Source of the DNA: Methanomassiliicoccaceae archaeon
GTDB taxonomy: Archaea; Thermoplasmatota; Thermoplasmata; Methanomassiliicoccales; Methanomassiliicoccaceae
Direction of reading: 5' to 3'
Length of the DNA: 64,000 bases
Assembly: GCA_040776945.1 (NCBI GenBank)
Contig: JAXGZN010000001.1
Location: 768,001 to 832,000, forward strand
The position numbers and the translations under genes are program-made. How positions within the stretch are numbered: the first letter of the stretch is position 1; each line of letters begins with the position of its first letter. The notes below the pieces were generated by a model that had not been told where the DNA came from, did no database searches, and saw only the letters and a program-made list of their open reading frames with translations. Below are positions 28,971-40,371 of this stretch, piece by piece.

Positions 28971-29436
28971 AGCGCCGGAGGAGCTCCTTCCTCTTCTTGG
29001 CGTCCTCATCGGTCTCCACTCCCTTGGGCGTCTGCCCATCAACGATCCCCACGATCCCCCGGCCCAGGCCCGTCTCGGCCACCAGGACCTCGGCGGGATT
29101 GGCGGTGGCGCAGAAGATCGTGCACACCTCGGAAACCTCCTTCAGGCCCCTGAGCACGTTGATGGGATAGGCGTTGGTGAGCACGACGACGAAGGAGTGG
29201 CCGGCCCCGATGCGCTGCGCGTTCTCCGACGCACAGGCCTTTAGGGCGTCGTCATTGCCCTCCACCCGGACCAGACGGTCCCCGGAGGCCTCGCAGAACG
29301 CCACTCCGAACCTTATGCCCGGCACGGCGTTCACCATCGCCTCGTAGATGTCCTCGGCGGTCTTGATGAAATGGGCCTGCCCGACGATGATGTTGGCCTC
29401 CTCGGGCTTTACCAGCTCCACTGCCTCCGTCCTCAT
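28954..29436 (-). CDS. Adenosine-specific kinase-like protein (DUF355)
   Basis: ATG 29436; NIIVGQAHFIKT, FGVAFCEASG, AGHSF, YPINVL, IFCATANP, RFGYK. Confidence 0.88.
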   Translation of the reverse strand: MRTEAVELVKPEEANIIVGQAHFIKTAEDIYEAMVNAVPGIRFGVAFCEASGDRLVRVEGNDDALKACASENAQRIGAGHSFVVVLTNAYPINVLRGLKEVSEVCTIFCATANPAEVLVAETGLGRGIVGIVDGQTPKGVETDEDAKKRKELLRRFGYKR

Positions 29437-29532
29437 GCTTTCCCACCACAATGAGCCTCTTCCGGCGATAAATAGCCTTGCCATCTTGGTCCGGTGCAAG
29501 GTATTTCTACCGCCCATCACGTTGCTCGGTGC

Positions 29533-30330
29533 ATGTTCTTCGTCGGTCCCGCGGGCTACCCGCCGGGCAGCAAGGGGGCGCTGCAGGCGGTGGAGAACGT
29601 CCGCAAGCTGAACCTCAATGCCCTGGAGCTGCAGTTCGGGCGGAGCGTGAACCTGAGCGTCGAGCGGTCCAGGGAGCTCGCTCCCCGGGCCCGCGAGCTG
29701 GGAGTGGCGCTGTCCTGCCACGCTCCCTACTACATCAACTTCAACTCCGATGAAGAGAACAGGGCCAAGAGCGAGGAACGGCTGCTCAGCTCCCTGCGCT
29801 CCGCCGACGCCATGGACGCACGCATTGTGGTGGTCCACGCCGCATCGTACATGGGCCGCTCGCCGGAGGAAGCCACAGTCGCGGTGATCCGCAGCCTGAA
29901 GCGCATACGCAGGACCGTTGTGGACGAGGGCCTCAGGCCCGCCATCGGCCTGGAGACCATGGGAAAGACCGGCTCCTGGGGCACCTACGAGGAGATCGCG
30001 GAGGTCATGGCCGAGGTAGAAGGAGTGGAGCCGGTTCCGGACTTCGCGCACATCCACGCCCGCGGCCAGGGTTGCCTGCGCACCGAGGAGGACTTCCGGG
30101 CCGCTCTCGAGAAGGCCATGGACCTGCACCCTGGCCGGCTTCACTGCCACTTCAGCGGCATCGAGTACACCGCGAAGGGCGAGAAGCGCCACCTTCCCCT
30201 GGAGTCCAAGGAGCCTGATTTCGCCCTCCTCCGCAATGTGCTCCCGAGGTCGGGGAGGGACTTCACCATCATCTGCGAGTCCCCCGACCCATCGGGGGAC
30301 GCCGTGCTCATGAGACGGATGCTGGAATAA
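29533..30330 (+). CDS. nfo: Endonuclease IV (AP endonuclease family 2)
   Basis: HAPYYINF, VVH, ETMGK, DFAHIHAR, HCHFSGIEY...GEKRH, IICESP. Confidence 0.88.
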   Translation: MFFVGPAGYPPGSKGALQAVENVRKLNLNALELQFGRSVNLSVERSRELAPRARELGVALSCHAPYYINFNSDEENRAKSEERLLSSLRSADAMDARIVVVHAASYMGRSPEEATVAVIRSLKRIRRTVVDEGLRPAIGLETMGKTGSWGTYEEIAEVMAEVEGVEPVPDFAHIHARGQGCLRTEEDFRAALEKAMDLHPGRLHCHFSGIEYTAKGEKRHLPLESKEPDFALLRNVLPRSGRDFTIICESPDPSGDAVLMRRMLE

Positions 30331-30414
30331 CGATGTTCTCAGCTAGCGATGCCAGGACGACAACTATTTATCTCGAAATATATTGATTATCGGAAGCGAC
30401 CCTGGGTGATTATC

Positions 30415-31464
30415 ATGGCGGAACCCGCCGAAAACGGTGCAGAAGGAAGCGATTTCGAGTTCGATTGCCCGGAATGCGGCACTCATATACACGGAGAGGT
30501 GGAGCAATGTCCGAAGTGCGGGGTCGAGTTCGTCATAGAGGAGGTGACCGAGGAGGAATGCCCCGCATGCCATGCCATGATCCCACTGGAAAGCGCCTCC
30601 TGCCCGATGTGCGGGCGCTCGATGACATCGTCCCCGGAGCCTCCCCCAGAGGTCCATGAGGCCGCCAGCGCCGAACCGCCGGGCAAGGCACAGGACGAGC
30701 TGCAGCGCGAGCTGAGGGAGGAGTTCTCCGGCCTGGTGTCCGAGGTCGGCCCCATGATCGCCTTGGCCAAGGAGCACGCCATCGACACCACCGCGCCCCG
30801 CCGGCTGATCGACAAGGCGGTGGCCATGGGCAAGCGCAGGGAGATCGAGCCCGCGGTGCAAACGATGAGGGACTGCAAGGAGATGCTCGAGCGCTCCATA
30901 ACCGACCGGCTGGAAAGGGACATCATGTACCTTGAGAACCTCGCCGAGGTCGCGCGGAAGATGAGCTCCGACCACCAGTCCATAGAGAGGGCCGTCGCCG
31001 AGATCAAGGAGAGGCAGGCGGCCAAGGACCACGCCGGCGCCCTGGAGAGCGTCCGGGCGTCCAAGCGCACCGCCGAGAAGCTCACCGGCAAGTACGTCGA
31101 GGCCCACGAGATGTACGAGGCCTTGGAAAAGATGATACTGAACTCCGAGGCCTTTTACCTGGACGTACGAGAGCCGCGCAAGCTCCTCAACGAGTCCCGG
31201 GAGGCAGGGGAGAGCGGCGATTGGACCACCATGGGGATCCTCGCCCGAAAGGGGCGGGAGGAGATGAGCAAGGTCCTTCCGGAAATGCTATCGGAGGAGC
31301 TGCGAAAGGCCAAGCAGTCATTGTTGGACCTCAAGGCCAAGGGAAAGGACGTCACCTCGATGATCAAGACGCTGAAGGACGCCGGGGTGTCGATGAAGAG
31401 GGATCGGTACGAGGAGGCGCTGGAGCGCCTCACCGAGTTCCGGGACGAGGAGAAGAGGCTGTGA
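30415..31464 (+). CDS. Double zinc-ribbon protein with a helical/coiled-coil C-terminus
   Basis: CPEC, CPKC, CPAC, CPMC followed by a Pro linker and repeated amphipathic helices. Confidence 0.75.
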   Translation: MAEPAENGAEGSDFEFDCPECGTHIHGEVEQCPKCGVEFVIEEVTEEECPACHAMIPLESASCPMCGRSMTSSPEPPPEVHEAASAEPPGKAQDELQRELREEFSGLVSEVGPMIALAKEHAIDTTAPRRLIDKAVAMGKRREIEPAVQTMRDCKEMLERSITDRLERDIMYLENLAEVARKMSSDHQSIERAVAEIKERQAAKDHAGALESVRASKRTAEKLTGKYVEAHEMYEALEKMILNSEAFYLDVREPRKLLNESREAGESGDWTTMGILARKGREEMSKVLPEMLSEELRKAKQSLLDLKAKGKDVTSMIKTLKDAGVSMKRDRYEEALERLTEFRDEEKRL

Positions 31465-33357
31465 TCACGGCCTTACCGGCTCCATCTCCCGCTCAAGCAC
31501 CGACCGCTCCTGCACCTTAAGGCTGTCCGGGCTGACCGAGACCATGAACACCGCCCGCCGCTCCGATACCTGGTCCACCAGGGAGCGTACGAAGCGGATC
31601 ACGCCCTCGAAGCCGGCGTTGCTTATCAGGTAATGAAGATCGTCCAGCAGCACAATCGAAGGGCCGTCGCGGCGCACATGGTCCTCGGCCAGCATCACGA
31701 TCTTCTCCAGCGAAGGGGGCACTGTTCGGGACCCCCTGGACTCATGCTCCGTAAGCCAATATATGTCCGCCTTCCGGCCGCCGAGGCGGTCTCGAACCGT
31801 CCCGGGATTGCTGCGGCTGAACACCAGGGCCCTCATTCCCCGGTCAACCTGCCTTCCCACGAGGTCGTATGCGCGGTCCGGCCGCGGCTCCAGCACTATA
31901 TATGAGCGTCCCTCCCGCACCTCGATCTCCCCGATGGGGGTGACGTTGCCAGGGCCCAGCACCTCCCGGGCCAGCTCTGTGGTTATCTCCGAGCCCATGA
32001 GGGAGGCGAACGCCAGGACGCGGTTCATTCCGCCCTCGAGCTGTCCGGCGGTGTCCGGGCAGGCCTCGGCCACAATCTCCAGGACGTCGTCGCCTACCAC
32101 GCAGCCCCCCCTTGAGGCCACCTTCCTGAGCATGCCGATCCGGGTCGCTTGGTCCAGCGGCCCGATCTCCACCACCAGCCCGGACTCCATCCTCGCCGCC
32201 AAGCGGTCGGCGAGGGAGGGGATCCTTCTAGGCTCGCGGTCGGCGGTCATCACCACCTGCTTCCCGGCGGCGATCAGGCGGTTCACCGCCCGCATGAGGT
32301 CGTCCTGCGCCCCCTCCCTGCCCGACAGCATCTGGACGTCGTCGATCAGCAGCGCATCGGCGGTGTCCAGTTCCTGGCGCAGGGAGGCCCGCGCCGCCTC
32401 CGTGGTGCCGAGGTCCACCGAGTCCAGGGGTAGATAGACGACGTTCAGCTCCCGCCTCAGCCTCTTCATCTCATGCCCCACCGCCTGAAGGAGGTGGCTC
32501 TTGCCCATCCCCTGGCGGGAGTGGATCACCAGCGGGTTGTATCGCCGTCCGGGCTCGGCGGCCACCGCCCGGGCGGCGGCCTCGGCGAAGCGGGAGCCGG
32601 GGCCTCCCACGAACGCCGAGAACGAGGCCCGCGGGTCCATACGAGGTATCGAGGGGCTCTCCTCTTCCCGGGACGCGCAGCGCGGGCAGTAACCCAGAAG
32701 ATCGATGGGACCTCCGCAGTCGCAGCAGACCCCTATGCCCTGGGAATCAGCGCGCATCTTGTGGTACTGGAGAACGAGGTCGTAAACCCCGCGGGCCTGC
32801 TTCTCTGCACGATGGTCGTCAGTCCCCAGGCCGGCAGCGGCCAAGAGGTACCCTCCGGTGTTCTCCGGCTCCGCCCGGCGCAGCTTGTCCGCCCTCACCT
32901 TCTCGGGAGGCAGGACGTTCCGGGGAGCCTCCGCGCGACGGACCTTGGCCCCCGGGAAGAGCTGTTCGAAGTCCTTGAGGTTCACCTCGGAGTGGAGGGA
33001 GACGACCGCCTCAGGACGGCAAGCGTCGTACCACAGGTACTCCGAAGCCTTCTCCCCGAGGAACCACAGCTCGTCCATGCCAATAGGGCGGAAGACATGG
33101 AGGCAAAGCGACGGTGACCCTGCGTACACCGAGAGAATGGACTCCGAGCGCTCGCCTTCGGCGCTGAGGACCACCTTGATGTAGCCGTTCAGGGAGGCCG
33201 AGCGGGCGCTCTCCGCCGCCTGGTCCAAGACGCCATCGCCCCCCTTCCACCGGGAGACGACCAGCCCCTGAGGGATGCCGAGCTCGAGAAGCACACTGAC
33301 CGGCGCAGCATCGCCCGGCGCGCTTAAAGCGTTTATGTCATGGCTCCGTTCCAGCAT
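31465..33357 (-). CDS. Multidomain protein: DUF2226/PATAN-like N-terminus, Zn ribbon, DnaA-type AAA+ domain, DUF835 (inactive KaiC-like) C-terminus
   Basis: FSAFVGGPGSRFA...YNPLVIHSRQGMGKSHLLQAVGH...LLIDDVQML...QVVMTADREP...DRLAARMESGL; C-terminal FSRSNP, IYWLT, VLLDDLHYLISNAGF, ERSVLERE. Confidence 0.8.
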   Translation of the reverse strand: MLERSHDINALSAPGDAAPVSVLLELGIPQGLVVSRWKGGDGVLDQAAESARSASLNGYIKVVLSAEGERSESILSVYAGSPSLCLHVFRPIGMDELWFLGEKASEYLWYDACRPEAVVSLHSEVNLKDFEQLFPGAKVRRAEAPRNVLPPEKVRADKLRRAEPENTGGYLLAAAGLGTDDHRAEKQARGVYDLVLQYHKMRADSQGIGVCCDCGGPIDLLGYCPRCASREEESPSIPRMDPRASFSAFVGGPGSRFAEAAARAVAAEPGRRYNPLVIHSRQGMGKSHLLQAVGHEMKRLRRELNVVYLPLDSVDLGTTEAARASLRQELDTADALLIDDVQMLSGREGAQDDLMRAVNRLIAAGKQVVMTADREPRRIPSLADRLAARMESGLVVEIGPLDQATRIGMLRKVASRGGCVVGDDVLEIVAEACPDTAGQLEGGMNRVLAFASLMGSEITTELAREVLGPGNVTPIGEIEVREGRSYIVLEPRPDRAYDLVGRQVDRGMRALVFSRSNPGTVRDRLGGRKADIYWLTEHESRGSRTVPPSLEKIVMLAEDHVRRDGPSIVLLDDLHYLISNAGFEGVIRFVRSLVDQVSERRAVFMVSVSPDSLKVQERSVLEREMEPVRP

Positions 33358-33412
33358 AACGAGGGCCGAAGAAAAACATTAAATTGGGGAATGGCTTGAT
33401 GGAAACCATCAT

Positions 33413-33514
33413 GCCACTGTAGCTCAGCGGTAGTTCCCGGCCGGCCGGGGACCGCGAAAGAGCGACAGTTTCGTAAACTGTAGGCCGGGGGTTCGAAACC
33501 CCTCAGTGGCTCCA
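33413..33514 (+). tRNA. tRNA-Thr(CGT) with encoded CCA and a 25-nt D-loop intron (33433-33457)
   Basis: Acceptor GCCACTG/CAGTGGC, D stem GCTC/GAGC, anticodon stem ACAGT/ACTGT with loop TTCGTAA, T arm GGGGG-TTCGAAA-CCCCT, U discriminator; BHB with central helix GCGG/CCGC and bulges TAG and GAA. Confidence 0.92.
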
Positions 33515-33515
33515 C

Positions 33516-34790
33516 TCATCCCTTCTTGAGGTAATCGTTGACGATCTTGATGGCGCAGACGTCGCCGCACATCGAGCATCCTTCCTTCTCATCGGTCACT
33601 CCCCGCGAGCGGTACTCTCTGGCCTTGGCCTCGTCTATGGCCTCACGGTACATGCCGTCCCAGTCCAGCGCCTTCCGGGCCAGGGACATCCGCATGTCCC
33701 GGTCCTTGCCCCGGCCCCGGGCGATGTCCGCGGCATGGGCCGCGATCTTCGACGCTATGAGGCCGTCCTTCACATCCTGGGGGGTAGGCAGGGAAAGATG
33801 CTCGGCCGGGGTCACGTAGCACAGGAAGTCAGCTCCGTGGTACGCGGCGAGAGCGCCGCCGATCGCCGCGGTGATGTGGTCGTATCCCGGAGCGATGTCC
33901 GTCACCAGGGGGCCGAGGACGTAGAACGGGGCGCCGTCGCACACGCTCTTCTGCAGCCGGACGTTCGCCTCCACCTGGTCCAGGGGCACGTGCCCTGGCC
34001 CCTCTACCATGGCCTGAACCCCGGCCCGGCGGCATCGGCGGACCAGCTCCCCGAGGTTCAGGAGCTCCTGCACCTGCGGACCGTCGGTGGCGTCATGCAC
34101 GCACCCTGGGCGGAAGCCGTCCCCCAGGGACAGAACGAACCCGTGCTCCCTCGCCAGCTCCAGCAGGTAGTCGAAGTTCTCATACAGCGGGTTCTCCTTT
34201 CCGTTGTGAAGAATCCACGCCACCAGGAAGGAGCCTCCCCGGGAAACCACATCGGTTATCCGGGGGCTCCGCCTCAGCCGCTCCACCGCCTCCCGGGTGA
34301 TGCCGCAGTGCACGGTCATGAAGTCCACGCCGTCCTTGGCATGCTGGACGATCCCGTTGAAGATGTCGTCCTCGTCCATGTCCACCAGGGCCCCCTTCCT
34401 TGCCATCCGCAGCCCGGTCTGGTAGATGGGCACCGTTCCGACCGGGACATCGCATGAAGCGAGCACCTTGCGGCGGATGGCGTCGATGTCCCCGCCGGTG
34501 CTGAGGTCCATTATCGCGTCGGCTCCGTACTGGAGGGAGATGCGGAGCTTCTCCATCTCCTCCTCCACCTCCACCCGGTCGCGGGAGGTCCCGAGGTTGA
34601 CGTTGACCTTGACCCTGAGCCCCTCCCCGATGCCGCAGGCCCGCGGCCGGTGCACGGGATTGCAGGGGATGACAACTCGGCCCTCGCGGAACCTCCTTGT
34701 GAGAACATGCTCATCGACGCCCTCGCTGCGGGCGATCTCCCGGATCCTGTCGCTATACGGTTCGCTTGCCACGACCATCTCGATCGGCAC
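33516..34790 (-). CDS. thiC: Phosphomethylpyrimidine synthase
   Basis: KVNVNLGTS, MDLSTGG, GTVPIYQ, VSRGGS, SLGDGFRPG, EGPGH, YDHI, TPAEHL, CSMCGDVC. Confidence 0.97.
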   Translation of the reverse strand: MPIEMVVASEPYSDRIREIARSEGVDEHVLTRRFREGRVVIPCNPVHRPRACGIGEGLRVKVNVNLGTSRDRVEVEEEMEKLRISLQYGADAIMDLSTGGDIDAIRRKVLASCDVPVGTVPIYQTGLRMARKGALVDMDEDDIFNGIVQHAKDGVDFMTVHCGITREAVERLRRSPRITDVVSRGGSFLVAWILHNGKENPLYENFDYLLELAREHGFVLSLGDGFRPGCVHDATDGPQVQELLNLGELVRRCRRAGVQAMVEGPGHVPLDQVEANVRLQKSVCDGAPFYVLGPLVTDIAPGYDHITAAIGGALAAYHGADFLCYVTPAEHLSLPTPQDVKDGLIASKIAAHAADIARGRGKDRDMRMSLARKALDWDGMYREAIDEAKAREYRSRGVTDEKEGCSMCGDVCAIKIVNDYLKKG

Positions 34791-35030
34791 GGACTAAGCG
34801 CGTCCCCCTAAAAGACCCTTGCTTCGGGGGCGATGGTTTAGGCATGTCTAAATAATCATGTTGGAAGAAGGCATCTTAACAGAGGTTCACAATGTGAGTG
34901 GCCCACTTATATAGCCAGATGCACCTAGAAGGGTATTAATACGTTGAGCCCTTTACCAAAGTCGTCGAGATAGAGGAAGGGATGCACATATTCTGCAATA
35001 TAAAATCGACCGGGTCAGCCCAGATGCTGA

Positions 35031-36962
<1,932 letters not shown>

Positions 36963-36975
36963 GGGGGAACTTACA

Positions 36976-39522
36976 ATGGCGGAAGAGAACAACGATAACA
37001 CAAACAATGCGCCGGCGGGATCGGCGGGCAAGGAGGTCCACCGGCCGATCGAGCAGGAGATGAAGAAGTCGTACATCGACTACGCGATGAGCGTCATCGT
37101 CGGGAGAGCGCTCCCGGACGTCAGGGACGGCCTCAAGCCGGTGCACCGGCGCATCCTATACACAATGTACGAACTGGGTAACACATTCAATAAACCTCAT
37201 AAAAAGTGTGCCAGGATAGTCGGCGACGCACTTGGGAAGCTGCATCCTCACGGCGACACCGCGGTCTACGACGCCCTGGTCCGCATGGCCCAGGACTTCT
37301 CCTTGCGTTACACCTTGGTCGACGGGCACGGCAACTTCGGCAGCGTTGACGGCGACAGCGCGGCGGCGATGCGTTACACCGAGTGCCGGCTGGACAAGAT
37401 AGCCGAGGAGATGCTGCAGGACCTCGAAAAGGAAACGGTCGACTGGGCCGATAACTTCGACGGCACGCTCAAGGAGCCCGTTGTCCTGCCCTCGAAGCTC
37501 CCCAACCTGCTGGTCAACGGCTCCTCGGGCATCGCCGTGGGCATGGCGACCAACATCCCGCCCCATAATCTAAGGGAGGTGTGCGACGCGCTCGTCCATC
37601 TCATAGATGAGCCGTCGGCGGACAGCCTGGACCTTATGGCCTACGTCAGGGGGCCGGACTTCCCCACCGGCGGCATCATCTACGGCACCAACGGGATCGT
37701 CGAGGCCTATTCCACCGGCAAAGGCCGCCTGAAGGTGAGAGCGCGCACGTTCGTGGAGGAACACGAGGGCCGGAAGCGCATCATCGTGTCCGAGATACCA
37801 TACCAGGTGAACAAGTCCAACCTGCTGGAGAGCATCGCTGACCTGGTCAAGGACAAGAAGATCGAGGGCATCACGGACCTCAGGGACGAGAGCGACCGCG
37901 ACGGGATGCGCATCGTCATCGAGGTGCGCAAGGACGCCATGGAAGAGATTGTCCTCAACCAGCTGTTCGCGCACACCCAGATGGAGGTGACCTTCGGGGT
38001 CATCAATCTCGCCCTGGTGAACAACGAGCCGAAGGTCTTGACGCTCAAGGAGATGCTCCAGGCGTACGTCGACTACCGCAAGGAGGTCGTGACCAAGCGC
38101 GTGCAGTACGAGCTCCGGCAGGCGCTGGCCAGGGACCACATACTGCAGGGGCTGATAAAGGCGGTCGATTCCATCGACGAGACCATACGCATCATCAGGG
38201 AAGCGCGCACGACGGACGAGGCGCGGGACTCGCTGATGAAGCGCTTCGAACTGGACGACGTGCAGGCGAAGGCCATATTGGAGATGCGCCTGCGGGCCCT
38301 TACTGGTCTTGAGATCGAGGACCTCAAGGCCGAATACCTCGCCCTGGAGGTCAAGATCAAGGAACTGCAGGACATCCTCGCCGACATCGCCAAGATAATG
38401 GCAATCATCAAGGATGAGCTGGCGGAGGTGCGGGCGGAGTACGGTGATGACCGGAAGACCGAGATCGTCATCGACACCGGCGAACTGGACATCGAGGACC
38501 TCATCCCCAACGAGGAGATGGTGGTCATGATCTCCAGCGACAACTACATCAAGCGGCTGCCGCTCGATACATACAAGCAGCAGCACCGCGGCGGGCAGGG
38601 TCTCCTGGGCATGCAGACCAAGGAGGACGACGAGGTGGTCGATCTCTTCGTGACCATGACCCACAACAACATCATGTTCTTCACCAACAAGGGCCGGGTA
38701 TACCAGCTCAAGGCGTACCGCATCCCGGTCGCCGGGCGTCATTCCAAGGGCAAGCCCATCGTGAACCTGCTGCCCAAGCTCGAGGAGGGGGAGAAGATCG
38801 AGGACAACCTGCCGATCGACTCACTGGACGAGAACCAGGACCTGATGTTCGCCACCCGCAGCGGCATCGTCAAGAGGACGCCGCTCAAGGAGTACCGCAA
38901 CATACGCTCCAGCGGGATAATCGCCATCAGCCTGCAGGAGGGCGACTCGCTCGTGGACACCCAGTTGGTCCGCCCAGGCGACGAGATCGTGCTGGCCACC
39001 CGAAAGGGCCAGGCCGCCAGGTTCGACGCCTCTCAGGTCCGCTCGGTCGGCCGCCCGGCCATTGGGGTCATCGGCATGCGGCCGGACGAGGACGACGAGG
39101 TGGTCAGCATGGCGGTGGTGAGGCCGGAGGACAAGCTGCTGTCGATCACCGAGAACGGCTACGGCAAGATATCGCTGGTGTCGGACTACCGCAAGACCAA
39201 ACGCGGAGGGAAGGGGGTCATCACCATACGGACCACCGAGCGCAACGGCTGGGTGGTCTCGGTGAGCGCCATCCACGACGACGACCAGATCATCCTGACC
39301 ACCGTCCAGGGGAACGTGATACGGACCAGGGCCGAGGAGATCAGGACCATGGGTCGGTCCACCCAGGGCGTGACCATCATGGGGCTGACCAACGGGGACA
39401 AGATAACCGCCGTGGCGCGCCTCGCTGGAGCGCGGGAGGAGATGGCCGTCGTGCACACTGAGGCCAAGGAGGGCGATGACGTCCTTCCGCTGGTCAAGGA
39501 ACCCGATAACCCCGAAGAATAG
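36976..39522 (+). CDS. gyrA: DNA gyrase subunit A
   Basis: [28 protein letters not shown], GyrA-box QHRGGQG, pinwheel repeats. Confidence 0.97.
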   Translation: MAEENNDNTNNAPAGSAGKEVHRPIEQEMKKSYIDYAMSVIVGRALPDVRDGLKPVHRRILYTMYELGNTFNKPHKKCARIVGDALGKLHPHGDTAVYDALVRMAQDFSLRYTLVDGHGNFGSVDGDSAAAMRYTECRLDKIAEEMLQDLEKETVDWADNFDGTLKEPVVLPSKLPNLLVNGSSGIAVGMATNIPPHNLREVCDALVHLIDEPSADSLDLMAYVRGPDFPTGGIIYGTNGIVEAYSTGKGRLKVRARTFVEEHEGRKRIIVSEIPYQVNKSNLLESIADLVKDKKIEGITDLRDESDRDGMRIVIEVRKDAMEEIVLNQLFAHTQMEVTFGVINLALVNNEPKVLTLKEMLQAYVDYRKEVVTKRVQYELRQALARDHILQGLIKAVDSIDETIRIIREARTTDEARDSLMKRFELDDVQAKAILEMRLRALTGLEIEDLKAEYLALEVKIKELQDILADIAKIMAIIKDELAEVRAEYGDDRKTEIVIDTGELDIEDLIPNEEMVVMISSDNYIKRLPLDTYKQQHRGGQGLLGMQTKEDDEVVDLFVTMTHNNIMFFTNKGRVYQLKAYRIPVAGRHSKGKPIVNLLPKLEEGEKIEDNLPIDSLDENQDLMFATRSGIVKRTPLKEYRNIRSSGIIAISLQEGDSLVDTQLVRPGDEIVLATRKGQAARFDASQVRSVGRPAIGVIGMRPDEDDEVVSMAVVRPEDKLLSITENGYGKISLVSDYRKTKRGGKGVITIRTTERNGWVVSVSAIHDDDQIILTTVQGNVIRTRAEEIRTMGRSTQGVTIMGLTNGDKITAVARLAGAREEMAVVHTEAKEGDDVLPLVKEPDNPEE

Positions 39523-39617
39523 GCACCGCTGGCCCGCTGCGGGCCTCGGTAATATTTTTTATTATTCAGGTAGATAACTATTTAATTGACAATGAAATTG
39601 AATCCGGGGGTGACATC

Positions 39618-40319
39618 ACGCTCAGGGACTCCATAGCGGGGCTCGATCGGATATTCAGGACAGACATCGACGCTCCCAAGGTGATATTGGTCTCCGGTCC
39701 ACCCGGCTCGATGAAGACCAGCTTCTGTCATTCGGTCATGTCAGGTTATCTGAACAAGGCCGGCGAGATCGGACTGTACGTCACTTTGGAAGAGACCGTG
39801 GCCAGTCATCTCAGCAACATGCGGGGCCTGGGGATAGAGCCAAGCTCCAACATGGAGATCTCGGACATCACCGACCTCCGGGAGCTGGACGAGATCATCG
39901 AGGAGGACCGGCCTACCGATTACATCCAGTTCATTGAACAGACCATCGAGTACTACAAGAAGAAGCACGGCGATCGGTTCACAGTTTTCGCACTGGACTC
40001 TCTGGGGGCCCTGTACTCGCTCATGGACGACAGCGAAAACATGCGAAAGAAGATGTTCTATTTCTTCAAGACGCTGCGCGACCAGAACCTGGTGTCGTTC
40101 ATCGTCATGGAGAGGTCCAGGGGCGGGCCGTCCGACCTCCTCGGCAACGAGGGGTTCCTGGTGGACGGGATCATCGAGCTTGGGCTCGACCGCGCCAGGG
40201 GCAAGCTGGCCCGGTTCATCAGGGTCGAGAAGATGAGGGCCTGCAAGCACAGCATGGAAAAGCACACCGTCGAGGTCGGGGACAAGGGAATGACCATCCT
40301 CGGTCCGACCCTTGGGTAA
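39618..40319 (+). CDS. KaiC/RAD55-family ATPase; probable ACG start at 39618 (first canonical start is GTG 39681)
   Basis: In-frame LRDSIAGLDRIF precedes VILVSGPPGSMKT; VTLEE, FALDSL, FLVDGIIEL, RVEKMRACKH. Confidence 0.85.
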   Translation, partial: TLRDSIAGLDRIFRTDIDAPKVILVSGPPGSMKTSFCHSVMSGYLNKAGEIGLYVTLEETVASHLSNMRGLGIEPSSNMEISDITDLRELDEIIEEDRPTDYIQFIEQTIEYYKKKHGDRFTVFALDSLGALYSLMDDSENMRKKMFYFFKTLRDQNLVSFIVMERSRGGPSDLLGNEGFLVDGIIELGLDRARGKLARFIRVEKMRACKHSMEKHTVEVGDKGMTILGPTLG

Positions 40320-40371
40320 TGACATGACCGCATACACGGCGCAGCCAGCAGAGGAATCCGGAGGATCGCAC

